From an uncultured virus (IMG/VR IMGVR_UViG_2713897279_000003) (taxonomy: Duplodnaviria; Heunggongvirae; Uroviricota; Caudoviricetes): 64,000 bases of DNA. The notes beneath the pieces are model-generated. The model searched no databases and had not been told where the DNA came from. It worked only from the letters and a program-made list of their open reading frames with translations. Made by a program: the position numbers and the translations under genes. Positions 10,413-20,842 of this stretch are shown in pieces (position 1 is the stretch's first letter; every line of letters begins with the position of its first letter). The stretch lies in the IMG/VR virus record IMGVR_UViG_2713897279_000003. One strand, 5' to 3'.

Positions 10413-12404
10413 CTATAGCCATGAGTATGAAATAGCGTGAAGTTCTTCCCCGCTTTTCAGAACGACTTTAACAACTAACTCTTTACCCTCTGGGAGTTTA
10501 TCTAAACTAACCAGCTTATCTTTTTCAATTCTCATCCAATCTTCTCCGTTATTTCGGGACACATAATATTCTAATCCTTCCGATTTAGAGGGATCTTGTG
10601 TCATAATGTCTTGATCTTTATTTTCAAAGAATGCAAGTTCATTCATAGTACCATGCCAATTATTAGGAACACTGGTAATTGTTCGAATAGCCCAGTATCG
10701 ATAGGAACCAATGCTATCAAACTCATATTCTTTCGGTGTCGCAGTTGGGCTTCCATTTACTTCAATTGCACCATGATTTCCAGAGTAAACAATTTTCCAA
10801 TTTGTTTTATCATTGGAACAGATAACTTGAAATTCTACAAGACTAACGGAAGATATATATACCTTCTCAATATGTTTTGGACTATCTTTAAAATCTAATC
10901 CCACATAGTAGTTGCGCCAGTTGTAATAGTAATGTGCATGAGTTGCACTAAGTTCTTCATTCCCATCAAACACCTGCCAAGGCTGTGTTCCTTTGAAGTT
11001 AGTTATAGATGTCTCCCAAATAACATTTAAACTATTAGATGTATTGGAAGTCAGAGGGGCTTCAGGATATTTTATCCATCCACTTTCTCTCGTTGCTTTT
11101 CCGGATATCCCTGACAATAGAAATAGTTTTGGCATCATATCTAATTGCTCGCTTACTGTAATAAATGTAGCTGGTTGTTGAGCATTACTTTGCTTCACCT
11201 TATGCTTCTTTTTATCGTATGTAATATTCTCAGATTTTTCAACGTCAATACCTGAGTTATCACCAAAATCATCTATAATCATATCTTTCATGTTATAGCG
11301 TTTTTTATCCAAAAGAGAATTTACCCTTAAATTATGCTTATTGAGATTTATATGGATACTCGTTTCTAAGTCTGATACACGATTAGGCAATGGGCGGATT
11401 TTGTATTTAATTTTAATAGAATCAATAGTTGGAAGAACTTCTCCATTTTTAAACTGCACTTTTAATTTCAGTTTCTTTCCATTCCTTGACTTAATATTCT
11501 TCCCATCCAATTCTATAAAATCAGAATCACTATTAGTCTTAGTTGAAACTTTAATATTTCCTGTCCCTACAACTTCAATAGCCGATAGCTCTAAGAAGTC
11601 ATTTCCTAAATCAATCTCTTGGGATATCCATTCTCCTTGATTAGTATATTCTAATGAAGGGCCAAGCATTTTTAATTCACCGATCTCTAATGATTTATCT
11701 CCATTGTTAGCAAGAACTGTTAATCTATAATATTGATAAGCTGTTCTATTTTGCGTGAAAAATCTTTTGGGATTTCCTGCTTTCCATCCTGATATGGCAG
11801 CTTCTAGTCCTATCATATTCCATGTCTCTCCATCATTGCTTCCATGGAATTTAAAATCTCTTGGTGCTCTAGTTTCTTCTAATCCATTGTCACCAAAGAC
11901 AGGGTGTATTTCATATGATGTAACTACTACTGGGCTATCATATTTATATTGTAACCATGTGTCTGATACAAAGTCTTCTACAAACCATCTGTCTTCCCAA
12001 GAATTCGTGGTACCATTGAATGCTCGATATGCAGGCCCGTTTGAAAGTGATTCTGCACTTGCACTTACTACTCCACTTGGTGCTGTATTACTTGTCATAA
12101 CTGGAATTAAATTAACGTTAGACTCTCCGCCGCTTTCTGTTTTATTTAATGAAAGCACACCTGTATCTGCATTTAGTCCAATAAAAGTTCCCTTTGCAAA
12201 ATCATCTTTTGTGTCAATGATAATTTCTTTATCTATCAATCCTTGTCGTTTCTTTTCTAATTCATCTAGACGAGCTTTAACATTAGCAAAAGTTCCTTTT
12301 ATATCCTTGTCTCCATTTTTGTAGTCACCTACACCTAGACGCTTATTCAGTGAGTCTAAATTTTTTCTTCCTTGCATTGCTTTAGAATAACTTACGATAT
12401 CCAT
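10413..12404 (-). CDS. Appendage scaffold protein with two F5/8 type C (discoidin)-like domains
   Basis: IPVMTSN...AYRAFNG...WLQYKY...FHGSNDGETW...YQYYRL...EIGELKM, plus a second copy (WQVFDG...SNDKTNW...YRYWAI). Paralog of 24479..25897. Confidence 0.85.
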   Translation of the reverse strand: MDIVSYSKAMQGRKNLDSLNKRLGVGDYKNGDKDIKGTFANVKARLDELEKKRQGLIDKEIIIDTKDDFAKGTFIGLNADTGVLSLNKTESGGESNVNLIPVMTSNTAPSGVVSASAESLSNGPAYRAFNGTTNSWEDRWFVEDFVSDTWLQYKYDSPVVVTSYEIHPVFGDNGLEETRAPRDFKFHGSNDGETWNMIGLEAAISGWKAGNPKRFFTQNRTAYQYYRLTVLANNGDKSLEIGELKMLGPSLEYTNQGEWISQEIDLGNDFLELSAIEVVGTGNIKVSTKTNSDSDFIELDGKNIKSRNGKKLKLKVQFKNGEVLPTIDSIKIKYKIRPLPNRVSDLETSIHINLNKHNLRVNSLLDKKRYNMKDMIIDDFGDNSGIDVEKSENITYDKKKHKVKQSNAQQPATFITVSEQLDMMPKLFLLSGISGKATRESGWIKYPEAPLTSNTSNSLNVIWETSITNFKGTQPWQVFDGNEELSATHAHYYYNWRNYYVGLDFKDSPKHIEKVYISSVSLVEFQVICSNDKTNWKIVYSGNHGAIEVNGSPTATPKEYEFDSIGSYRYWAIRTITSVPNNWHGTMNELAFFENKDQDIMTQDPSKSEGLEYYVSRNNGEDWMRIEKDKLVSLDKLPEGKELVVKVVLKSGEELHAISYSWL

Positions 12405-12425
12405 TGTTTCACTCCTTTCTTTCCA

Positions 12426-13883
12426 TTAGGCCCATGCATAAGAGATTGCTGTTAAGATTGCTGAATCTGTTGGCAAATTAATGCGGATTTTAAGTTGCTT
12501 ACCAGATTGTTTTGAGACATCTATTACATCCCCTGATTGAAAGGCATTCCAAGTGCTTCCGTTATCTAAAGAATATTGGAATGTACATTCTTGATGATCT
12601 GCTGCTATGACAAGTATTTTGCGATATGCAGGTAACTCTTCTGTATCAGTTTCTATTATACCAGTCCCACGATATAATTTTTCTTCTGAATTATAGAGAT
12701 TGCTACGTGAAATAGATGCCTTGAATACCTTATCTTCTTCTGAATAAACTAGTATCTTAGAATTCTTCGGTAATGCTTGCCATTGCTCTGCTGTAATGCC
12801 ATTCAATGACACCATGCCATGGTCTTTAAACACTTGATCTGTTACAGGTGCAGGTCCAACATCTATCCATGAATCAGATAACTTTTTAATCATTCCATCT
12901 GATTCAATGAGGAATCTTGTATTATTTACCTCCACATACATACGAATTGCAAACTCATATTGAATAGATATGCTTGGTCTTATATCAACATCACCATCGC
13001 TGCCACTTGGCACCCTGTAATTGAATGATTTCACACTTATTGGAAGTGACCCATCATTACTATAAATATCCCTTGCGACAGGATTTTCTTTTTCACTTAG
13101 TGCTGTTGCAGAAAAACCAACATAGTATGATTTTCCTTTTTCTAAAGCTACTGGCGAGGTGAATTCACTTCTCACCCATGTTCCTTTTTTGTCTGTGACA
13201 GTTGTTTGCCCTTTTGCAAGTAAGCCATTTCCATCCCATATCTTTGCTGTTCCAGTATTAGAAGAGTTAATTGTTGCTGGATGAACAAGCCACTCCATAG
13301 CTGTGACTACTACATCTTGTTTTACACTGATATAGTTTGCTATTGTACTCATACTATTTCCCCATATTGCATTTGCATCTGGACACATTTCAAAATACTT
13401 TCTTGGCTTCCCAATAGTAAAACCGACGCCAACCATAAATCTATTTCCCGTGGCACTTGCTCCAATTGCCGGCTCTTTTCCTGACCCGTAATTCGCACCA
13501 CTTGTTCCACCAAGAGAAGTCATTGCCTGATACAATTCATTTGTAATCGGATTTTCGTTTTCTGTAAAATAAAATTTAGCATCTTCACTTGATGACCTAA
13601 ACACAATTAAATACACTTTTCCTTTTTTAATTTCCACGCCATTTGCATTAATATATGTCTGAGAATTTCTTGCTGATGGAGTTGCTTCTACTAGTTTAGA
13701 TAGTATTTTTCCTGTGCTTTCTTCTACTTCCCATAATGACGCTTTATCCCAAGAAGAAGGAGTTTCTGTCCTTAGATATAATTCTCCAATATTGAAATCC
13801 TTTAATGCCTTAAATGAAGATCCCCTCCATGTTTTTGCGCTATCGCTTGAAATACTCGTAGTTGCTGACCATAAATCTGGCAT
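12426..13883 (-). CDS. Appendage protein: two DUF4082-like beta domains plus conserved C-terminal scaffold module
   Basis: KIWDGNGLLAKG...GTWVRSEFTSPVALEKGKSYYVGF. The last ~165 aa are closely similar to 25919..26977. Confidence 0.8.
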   Translation of the reverse strand: MPDLWSATTSISSDSAKTWRGSSFKALKDFNIGELYLRTETPSSWDKASLWEVEESTGKILSKLVEATPSARNSQTYINANGVEIKKGKVYLIVFRSSSEDAKFYFTENENPITNELYQAMTSLGGTSGANYGSGKEPAIGASATGNRFMVGVGFTIGKPRKYFEMCPDANAIWGNSMSTIANYISVKQDVVVTAMEWLVHPATINSSNTGTAKIWDGNGLLAKGQTTVTDKKGTWVRSEFTSPVALEKGKSYYVGFSATALSEKENPVARDIYSNDGSLPISVKSFNYRVPSGSDGDVDIRPSISIQYEFAIRMYVEVNNTRFLIESDGMIKKLSDSWIDVGPAPVTDQVFKDHGMVSLNGITAEQWQALPKNSKILVYSEEDKVFKASISRSNLYNSEEKLYRGTGIIETDTEELPAYRKILVIAADHQECTFQYSLDNGSTWNAFQSGDVIDVSKQSGKQLKIRINLPTDSAILTAISYAWA

Positions 13884-15524
13884 CTATTTCACCTCTACTG
13901 TCTTTATATTTGTAAATGATGCAAGACTTAATTCAGATACCTTACCTGATCCTAATTCTACTGTATTAGAAAACGCAACTTCTTGCTTTGTTTCTCCCGC
14001 ACCTGAAGAAGCAATAATTTTCATACTATCAGATTCACATGTATCTATTACCATGTCATGCATTTTATATTTTTCTGATTTAAGTAATGCATTACTTTTA
14101 AAATTGAGTTTTGCCATATTAATTGCATTGATTCGTTCTAGCTCTTTTAAACGCCCCTCAATTGTTAAGCTATTTGTTTCAATCTTGATGCTATGTAATT
14201 TAGGTGAGTTGCTTACAACTGGCACCGTCTCATATGCTAATTTATCAATTAATAATGTGTCCGTAACTGCATGTAAGTCTAAATAATATGCTAATCGTAA
14301 CTTCATTCCAGATAAAAAAGGCTTCCATGCTTCCTGTCTAACGTTATTAAATGTAGCAATATCCATACCCTTTGATTTTACATCATCTAAATCACTTATA
14401 TCAACAGGATGCCAAGATACACCATTAAATGCTGTCCATGTTGTGCCACTGTCATTAGATGCAATAATCTTGAGGACACTTTCATTTTGTACAGTTCCCG
14501 TTAATGTAAAGGACTTAATAGGCTTCTCAAATATCATATCTGTTTCTTGCATAATTAATTGTCGCTTTGGTATAGCAGTTACATTTACAGACGCACTGTT
14601 AATGTTTGTATCTCTTGTAAGAACTAGTATTTTAATATTATCTGATTCTAATTGATTCCATGCTGATTCAGGAATTACACTTAAATCTGTCATACCATGT
14701 TGCTTAAATTCATCTACTGTAGGCATATTCATTCCTCCTTCAATATTTTTCCATGAGTTATTTTCATATGTTTTTATTATATCACCATCTTGTATCAAGA
14801 GAAGACTAGGTTCTGATTTTAGTGTGATAGTAACAAACCCATTTCCTGCTCGATAGCTATTTTGTCCTAATTGATTTGACCCTAAATTATAACTACTTCC
14901 ACCTCCTCCACCTGAAATAATTGAACCACCACCGCCAAAGTATCCACCTCCCCCGCCACCTCCCCCGCCAGAGTAGCCTATTCCCTTTCCACCTTGACCA
15001 ATTGTTCCAGAAGTAGCAGTAACTGCGGTAGTTGTATTAGAAGCAGCACCACCATATACAGGTCCAGCACCAGCACCACCATACCAGGTAGTATTCCAGG
15101 ATTCACCTGCTTCGCCGTATTTGGTCCCGCCACCTCCTCCTTTTGTTCTTTCGTATCCACCCCCGCCACCTCCAGCAGCTACAATTGTTCGTTTATCTAA
15201 AGTCATTCCACCAATTCTTATATCAGATGATCCACCACCTGAAGCGGCACTTCCACTTGTATTTACAATTGAGCCCCCACCATTCCATCCGCCTGCAACA
15301 CTTCCATTTTCTACTTTTTTTCCTTGTCCACCTACCATTACATAAATAGGTTTGCCACCTTCTAGTGTAAAATCTCCTGAAACCAAAGCGCCTAATCCAC
15401 CTAATCCCCCAGAAGAAGAATTTCCACCTTGTGCGCCTTGAACTTCAATCTTGTATACTCCACTAACAGGCGGAGTGAATGTTTGCTCTGCTCCTGTATA
15501 ATTAAATGTCCATACTTGTGCCAT
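13884..15524 (-). CDS. Fusion of a glycine-rich (ALK/LTK-type polyglycine) domain and the scaffold protein paralogous to 26978..27820
   Basis: FNYTGAEQTF...GAQGG...VAAGGGGGG...GNGFVTIT, followed by MPTVDEFKQHGM. ATG 15524 has an AAGGTGG RBS. Confidence 0.85.
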   Translation of the reverse strand: MAQVWTFNYTGAEQTFTPPVSGVYKIEVQGAQGGNSSSGGLGGLGALVSGDFTLEGGKPIYVMVGGQGKKVENGSVAGGWNGGGSIVNTSGSAASGGGSSDIRIGGMTLDKRTIVAAGGGGGGYERTKGGGGGTKYGEAGESWNTTWYGGAGAGPVYGGAASNTTTAVTATSGTIGQGGKGIGYSGGGGGGGGGYFGGGGSIISGGGGGSSYNLGSNQLGQNSYRAGNGFVTITLKSEPSLLLIQDGDIIKTYENNSWKNIEGGMNMPTVDEFKQHGMTDLSVIPESAWNQLESDNIKILVLTRDTNINSASVNVTAIPKRQLIMQETDMIFEKPIKSFTLTGTVQNESVLKIIASNDSGTTWTAFNGVSWHPVDISDLDDVKSKGMDIATFNNVRQEAWKPFLSGMKLRLAYYLDLHAVTDTLLIDKLAYETVPVVSNSPKLHSIKIETNSLTIEGRLKELERINAINMAKLNFKSNALLKSEKYKMHDMVIDTCESDSMKIIASSGAGETKQEVAFSNTVELGSGKVSELSLASFTNIKTVEVK

Positions 15525-15541
15525 ACTACTACCCACCTTTT

Positions 15542-16816
15542 TTAAATACTTATCCAAGCCCCATCTTGATAAACTCTTATGACTTCTCCATCTTCAACAA
15601 GTAACAATTGTTTTCGCACAGTAAAGGCTGAACTCTCCTGATATGCAGATGTAGCTGTATTATTATCTACTGCTCTGACTCTTATTTTAGCATTTGTAAT
15701 ATTTAATCCATCGGGAAGTTTATATTCTACTGATACATCTGTTGTCTTTGAAGCAATAGGCACCCAAGAAGATTCGTTGTAGAAATCTACATCGTATGTA
15801 ATTGCCTCCCCCTCTGGATCCGTAGATGCATCCCATGATACTGTAATGGTTTCACCTGTTAGGTATACACTATTTGTACTTGCTGTTACTTTTAGATTTG
15901 TTGGCACTGTTGGTGGCATACTTCCTAATTCAACAAGTTGAATTTTAACATATCCATCACCAGATTTTCCCGTTGTTACAGATGTGTTTTCCCCGGATAT
16001 ATAGGAACCGCCGCCGCCACCTCCATATCCATCATTGTAACCGCCGCCACCTCCAGAGTAACCACCGCCACCGCCGCCAGGATAATTACCATTACCACCA
16101 CCGCCGCCAAATCCACCTACACTTGCGTCAGAACGTGCATAGCCACCTAGTCCGCCACTAATAAAAGCTTGCCCACCTTGTACAATGCTATTTTTTCCAT
16201 CCGCTTTCCCCCAGCTTACAACTGTCTGTGTTGCATATTCAACAGATTGTCCGTCACTATAAAAGCCACCGCCTGATCCAGCCGGATAATGTCCAGAAGG
16301 AACCGATTTCCCACCTTGCCCTGATGAACCTCCATATGGAGTCATAGAACCGTAAGATGATGTCCCTGAAGTGGATACGCTCCCATCGCTTCCATAGCCG
16401 CTGGAATTATTATTTGAACCACCGCCACCGCCACCGCCGACAATTAATGGTGTAGTCGATGATAAAACACTCCCTTTGGCTACAAAGCTACCACCACCGC
16501 CACCACCACCTTGTGGATAGCCCATACCTTGCTGTCCTACTAATACTTGAATTACGTCATCTTGTTTTAGTTCAATTTTCCCACTAGCAATTGCACCATA
16601 TCCCCCCCTTGCGGTAAGGCTTGAATTTGATGTTTTCCCACCTTGTGCACCTGCTGCTGTAATCTGATATTTCCCACTCATAGGAACTATCCATTTCATA
16701 ATTGTCCCTGACCGACCAATGTTCGTTGGGTTAAAATGAAGAGTATCATTTAAATTTAGTGTTTCTGGGTAATTAGTAGCACCAGAATACGTGTTATTAA
16801 TAACATGTGTTGCCAT
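15542..16816 (-). CDS. Glycine-rich receptor-binding-like protein with Fn3 domain and C-terminal motif
   Basis: GAQGG, PLIVGGGGGGG, GGFGGGGG, GGGGGGSY, then WDASTDPEG...IRVRAVD. Paralog of 27833..29125. Confidence 0.85.
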   Translation of the reverse strand: MATHVINNTYSGATNYPETLNLNDTLHFNPTNIGRSGTIMKWIVPMSGKYQITAAGAQGGKTSNSSLTARGGYGAIASGKIELKQDDVIQVLVGQQGMGYPQGGGGGGGSFVAKGSVLSSTTPLIVGGGGGGGSNNNSSGYGSDGSVSTSGTSSYGSMTPYGGSSGQGGKSVPSGHYPAGSGGGFYSDGQSVEYATQTVVSWGKADGKNSIVQGGQAFISGGLGGYARSDASVGGFGGGGGNGNYPGGGGGGYSGGGGGYNDGYGGGGGGSYISGENTSVTTGKSGDGYVKIQLVELGSMPPTVPTNLKVTASTNSVYLTGETITVSWDASTDPEGEAITYDVDFYNESSWVPIASKTTDVSVEYKLPDGLNITNAKIRVRAVDNNTATSAYQESSAFTVRKQLLLVEDGEVIRVYQDGAWISI

Positions 16817-16831
16817 GTAGCTTCCTCCTTT

Positions 16832-17953
16832 TTAAATAAACTCCCAGTTTCCATTTTTATAAGACTTATTTATATTTCCATCTTTAATTACATACAATTG
16901 CTTTGCTACTGAGAATATATTACTTAGCACATATTCAGATGCGCCATTTTCACTGTCATTTGCACGAATCCGTAGTTGTGCTTTATCTGTTGTAACTGAT
17001 GGAAGGATACAATCATAATTTGTATCTATAATATTTTTTGCAATACTTATCCATGCTGTACCGTTATAGAAATCCATTTCATATGCAATAGAATTCCCCT
17101 CTGGATCAGTTGATGCAGTCCATTCTAATGGAACAATCTCATTAGACTGATTCATACTCTTAGAGATTGGCTGTTTTGTAAGTGATGGTTCTGTTGGTGG
17201 TTCATTTGCAGAGCCGACAAATGTAATTTCAATTCGCCCATGACCTCTATTATAGCCTGACATAGATGACTGATTACTTCCTTTATTAAAAGAACCACCA
17301 CCACCAGCAGCATAGATAGACGCATTTCCACCACCGCCACCGCCCGTGTATCCACCGCCACCACCGCCAGCAGAGAATCCTGCACCGCCGCCTCCGTATC
17401 CACCATAATCAGTGGTATTATGACCATTGCCCCCAATTCCCCCATTAATAAAAGCATTTCCTGCATATCCATAGCCACTTCTATTTCCATCGCCATAGAA
17501 TCCACTGCCACCCGATCCGCCTGTAGAGCTTCCGCCATTCCCTCCATATCCTTCTTTGGTAAATCCAGCTCCTGAAGAATCTCCTACAGAAGATGTTCCA
17601 GGTCTAGCTTCGGCAATAGTATTTATATATTTATTAAATCCACCACCGCCACCTACTGTTCCATATTGAGAATTTGTATATGCCCCTCCCATTTGTCCAA
17701 TTAATATTTTTATTACTTGCCCTTTTTTTAGATTAAAGTTACCTTGTACTTTTGCCCCTTTTCCACCACTATTTCCACCTTCTGCTCCATAAGCCTCTAT
17801 TTTATACTCTCCATCATTTTGAACAATCCATGATATTATATCTCCTGAGGGTCCAGTTCTAGTATTACTAATCAGCAATACATCCCCACGCTGTAAGCTA
17901 GATGGAAATGTTACTACTGCACTCCCTGGCTGATTTACTATATATCTTGCCAT
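16832..17953 (-). CDS. Glycine-rich receptor-binding-like protein with Fn3 domain
   Basis: Gly-rich domain. The C-terminal ~135 aa are nearly identical to 29140..30357. Confidence 0.85.
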   Translation of the reverse strand: MARYIVNQPGSAVVTFPSSLQRGDVLLISNTRTGPSGDIISWIVQNDGEYKIEAYGAEGGNSGGKGAKVQGNFNLKKGQVIKILIGQMGGAYTNSQYGTVGGGGGFNKYINTIAEARPGTSSVGDSSGAGFTKEGYGGNGGSSTGGSGGSGFYGDGNRSGYGYAGNAFINGGIGGNGHNTTDYGGYGGGGAGFSAGGGGGGYTGGGGGGNASIYAAGGGGSFNKGSNQSSMSGYNRGHGRIEITFVGSANEPPTEPSLTKQPISKSMNQSNEIVPLEWTASTDPEGNSIAYEMDFYNGTAWISIAKNIIDTNYDCILPSVTTDKAQLRIRANDSENGASEYVLSNIFSVAKQLYVIKDGNINKSYKNGNWEFI

Positions 17954-17968
17954 GCTGTTTTCTCCTTT

Positions 17969-18796
17969 CTAAATAGTTTTCCATATCCCATTCTTGTACG
18001 ATTTCACTGTTTCCCCATCTCGTATGAGCAACATCTTATCGTATATAGAAAAGTCTTGGCTTTCTTTATATGGTGATTTATTTCCGACTGTATCTTTGGC
18101 TTGCACTCTTATCTTTGCATTATCTGTATTAATATGACGTGGAATTATAACTGAAATTGATATATCTGATACACTGTTTGCTACTGATAGCCATGCACTG
18201 CCATCATAGATATCAATATCGTAAGTGATGGGAGCCCCGATTTGACTCGTAGAAGCACCCCAATCAAGTTGTATACTTTCACTTGTTAAATATAATGTAT
18301 CTTGTATCCCTGTGATTTCTCCTGGCTGTGTTGGTGGGTCATTATCTAACTTATAATCGACACGACCATTAAATATCCTTCGTTCACTAAATCCACTACT
18401 TAATGTAGAAAAACCTGCTCCATTTATAAGAGTGACATCATCATTAGAAAAGCTAGTGTCTCCATTTGAATATGCCATATTACTGCCAGCTGGAGTAACC
18501 AATGCAAAACCTTTTATCTCTCCTGATTTAATCTTAACTTTCAATTTGGCTGGTATCTCAGTATATACTTTATTGTTATCAATAACATTCGTTGGAACAT
18601 TAGATACTATTTTAACCCATCCACCTGCTCCTTTTGCGTATCCTCCGTCCCGCACATAAATATCAACATAAGCAACTCCTCTAATTTTGAAGTAGGTTGA
18701 AAATCCTGTCACAAAAATATCTTTATTTGCTGTAACAGAAAACATAACTCCACTATTTCCATTTCCACCTTTATTAATAGTTTTAATATATGGCAT
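17969..18796 (-). CDS. Variable beta-rich N-terminal domain plus Fn3 and C-terminal motif
   Basis: ATG 18796 follows AGGAGG. The C-terminal half is shared with 30373..31347 and the N-terminal half is unrelated. Confidence 0.8.
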   Translation of the reverse strand: MPYIKTINKGGNGNSGVMFSVTANKDIFVTGFSTYFKIRGVAYVDIYVRDGGYAKGAGGWVKIVSNVPTNVIDNNKVYTEIPAKLKVKIKSGEIKGFALVTPAGSNMAYSNGDTSFSNDDVTLINGAGFSTLSSGFSERRIFNGRVDYKLDNDPPTQPGEITGIQDTLYLTSESIQLDWGASTSQIGAPITYDIDIYDGSAWLSVANSVSDISISVIIPRHINTDNAKIRVQAKDTVGNKSPYKESQDFSIYDKMLLIRDGETVKSYKNGIWKTI

Positions 18797-18810
18797 ATTG
18801 TTTATCCTCC

Positions 18811-20790
18811 TTACTGAATGGCTTTCCACACTCCATCTTTATATGACTTTACTATGTTATTATCTTGCACTAATAAAAGACGAGTTGCGATTGTAAACAC
18901 ATTTCCCAATGTGTAATCTGATTTTCCTCCTTTATTGTCTTTTGCTCTTACCCGAAACTGTGCTTTGTCTGTATCTAAACTTGGAAGAATAGTAGCATAA
19001 GAATTTACTGTTACACTAGATTCCACTGAAACCCAATCGGAGCCATTATATAGTTCCACCTCATATGAGATAGAATCTCCTTCTTTGTCAGTTGATACTG
19101 TCCATTCTAGTTGTACTGATTCCCCTGAGAGATTCATACTGTTTACGGTCGGCTGTTTTACAAATAGCTCTGGCTTAGTTGGTGGCTCATTTCCTTCACT
19201 ATATCCAATTACAGTGAAAGGGACACCATACTCTGGGTAATCTCCATCTATTGAGCTAGGAACTGTATTGTTTACATTATAGAAATACTTATGCATAGTT
19301 GTAGCACCATATTTATGCTCTGCAATTCGAGTAAAGCCAACTCGTGGGTTTTCATAATTATTTCTAACTTGCTGTAATAATACGACCTCTTCTTGTGGAC
19401 TTGGGATAGGAGTAGAAAACCCAATTGTCTTTTCAATACCACCAGTAAGAAACTTACCATTTCGATATACATTGATGGAACCAAATCCTAATCCTGTTGG
19501 TGATCTTGGCGTATCAACTGATACCGTTGAATCAATATCTTCTTTCGTTGCAATCTTATAAAAAAGAGATGATCCCATTGAACCATTACTTGTCGCTTCT
19601 GCAACTTTAGTATAACCAGATGGACTTATAATTGCAGAGTTCGAAATAGACCCTGTTGATTGTGCCATGACAACAATTAAATCCCCTACCTGGATGCCAC
19701 GTGGAACAGGCCAAGAAGTTATATAATTTATTCCACTATAGCTAGTAGCAGGAGCTGTAGTGCCAATGTGCTTTATCTTATTCTCCCTTTTAATATTTTC
19801 ATCTAAGATAATAAACTTTGTTCGTGAGTCCCAGCTATTTCTATATATTGTTACATTTGTATTTACAGGAACTATTGATGAACACATTTTTCCGTAACGT
19901 TCTGTAAGAGGAAGTAATGCACTGCTTCCGTCATTAAGAGAACTAGCTGCAATAACAGCAAACCTACTATTAACCCTAGTTGTAGTAACAGGAGGAAAAG
20001 AAGATCCACTTTTATCAACCATGCCATAGTTTACAACTTTAGCATCTGCAACAGACATCAATGACATCTCAATCCAACTTAATTGGGCTGTTGCGATACG
20101 TATCGGATACTCTTCCGGTTCATACTTTGTTGCTACTTTATACAACATAGTAGAAAATTCACTAGTATTTGTTTTTATAAATCCATCATTAGAATCAATA
20201 ATGGCATCATTATAATGATTGACATATAAAACTAGGACATCTCCTTCTTGTGTTCCTGTAGGTTTGGCGATTGTCTTAATACCTTTTGCAGAAGCAGTTG
20301 TACTCCTTACTCTTATTCCTTTAGGCTCATCTAATGTGTAATCAAACTTCCATTCTGGAAACTGAAGTGCGCTTCTCCCATACTTTCGACTAGCTGATTT
20401 AATTTCTAGATGCTCGTTTGATGCTCCATTAAATGGATCTCTGCTTCCGTGTGTACCATTATCATAATTAGAAGAGTCTTGTGTTATTGTCGTAAGACTT
20501 AGCCTATATGTTTTTCCTGAAAGCATTTTCACACCCTGAAAATTTTTCCATATATTAGGACTAATACTTACACGATTGTTATCTGCTGTTTCTTCTGTAC
20601 TTGAAATATCATAAACAATTTGTCCTGTTGATTCGTCGGCAATTCGAAGCCGATATACAATTCCTCCATATCCTCCGTTATACGTTTGAACATACACCTT
20701 ATTCATGATGATGTTTGTTTTAGGTGTTACCAATACATCGTAAGCAGCACCCCAGTTACCTTCTGATCTTGGTACTAATAATGAAGGCAT
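18811..20790 (-). CDS. Multidomain appendage protein (three beta modules, Fn3, C-terminal motif)
   Basis: ATG 20790 follows AAGGAG. Two P.G.Q.GD.[LI]V...YK[VI]AT modules. Ends LLLVQDNNIVKSYKDGVWKAIQ. Confidence 0.8.
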   Translation of the reverse strand: MPSLLVPRSEGNWGAAYDVLVTPKTNIIMNKVYVQTYNGGYGGIVYRLRIADESTGQIVYDISSTEETADNNRVSISPNIWKNFQGVKMLSGKTYRLSLTTITQDSSNYDNGTHGSRDPFNGASNEHLEIKSASRKYGRSALQFPEWKFDYTLDEPKGIRVRSTTASAKGIKTIAKPTGTQEGDVLVLYVNHYNDAIIDSNDGFIKTNTSEFSTMLYKVATKYEPEEYPIRIATAQLSWIEMSLMSVADAKVVNYGMVDKSGSSFPPVTTTRVNSRFAVIAASSLNDGSSALLPLTERYGKMCSSIVPVNTNVTIYRNSWDSRTKFIILDENIKRENKIKHIGTTAPATSYSGINYITSWPVPRGIQVGDLIVVMAQSTGSISNSAIISPSGYTKVAEATSNGSMGSSLFYKIATKEDIDSTVSVDTPRSPTGLGFGSINVYRNGKFLTGGIEKTIGFSTPIPSPQEEVVLLQQVRNNYENPRVGFTRIAEHKYGATTMHKYFYNVNNTVPSSIDGDYPEYGVPFTVIGYSEGNEPPTKPELFVKQPTVNSMNLSGESVQLEWTVSTDKEGDSISYEVELYNGSDWVSVESSVTVNSYATILPSLDTDKAQFRVRAKDNKGGKSDYTLGNVFTIATRLLLVQDNNIVKSYKDGVWKAIQ

Positions 20791-20808
20791 ATGCACTTCT
20801 CCTTTCAT

Positions 20809-20842
20809 AAAGAAAGGCGACCATTCAAAGAATGAATCGCCT
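20809..20842 (-). terminator. Intra-operon hairpin/weak terminator
   Basis: AGGCGATTCATTC-TTT-GAATGGTCGCCT-TTCTTT, identical to 32646..32679. Confidence 0.6.
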
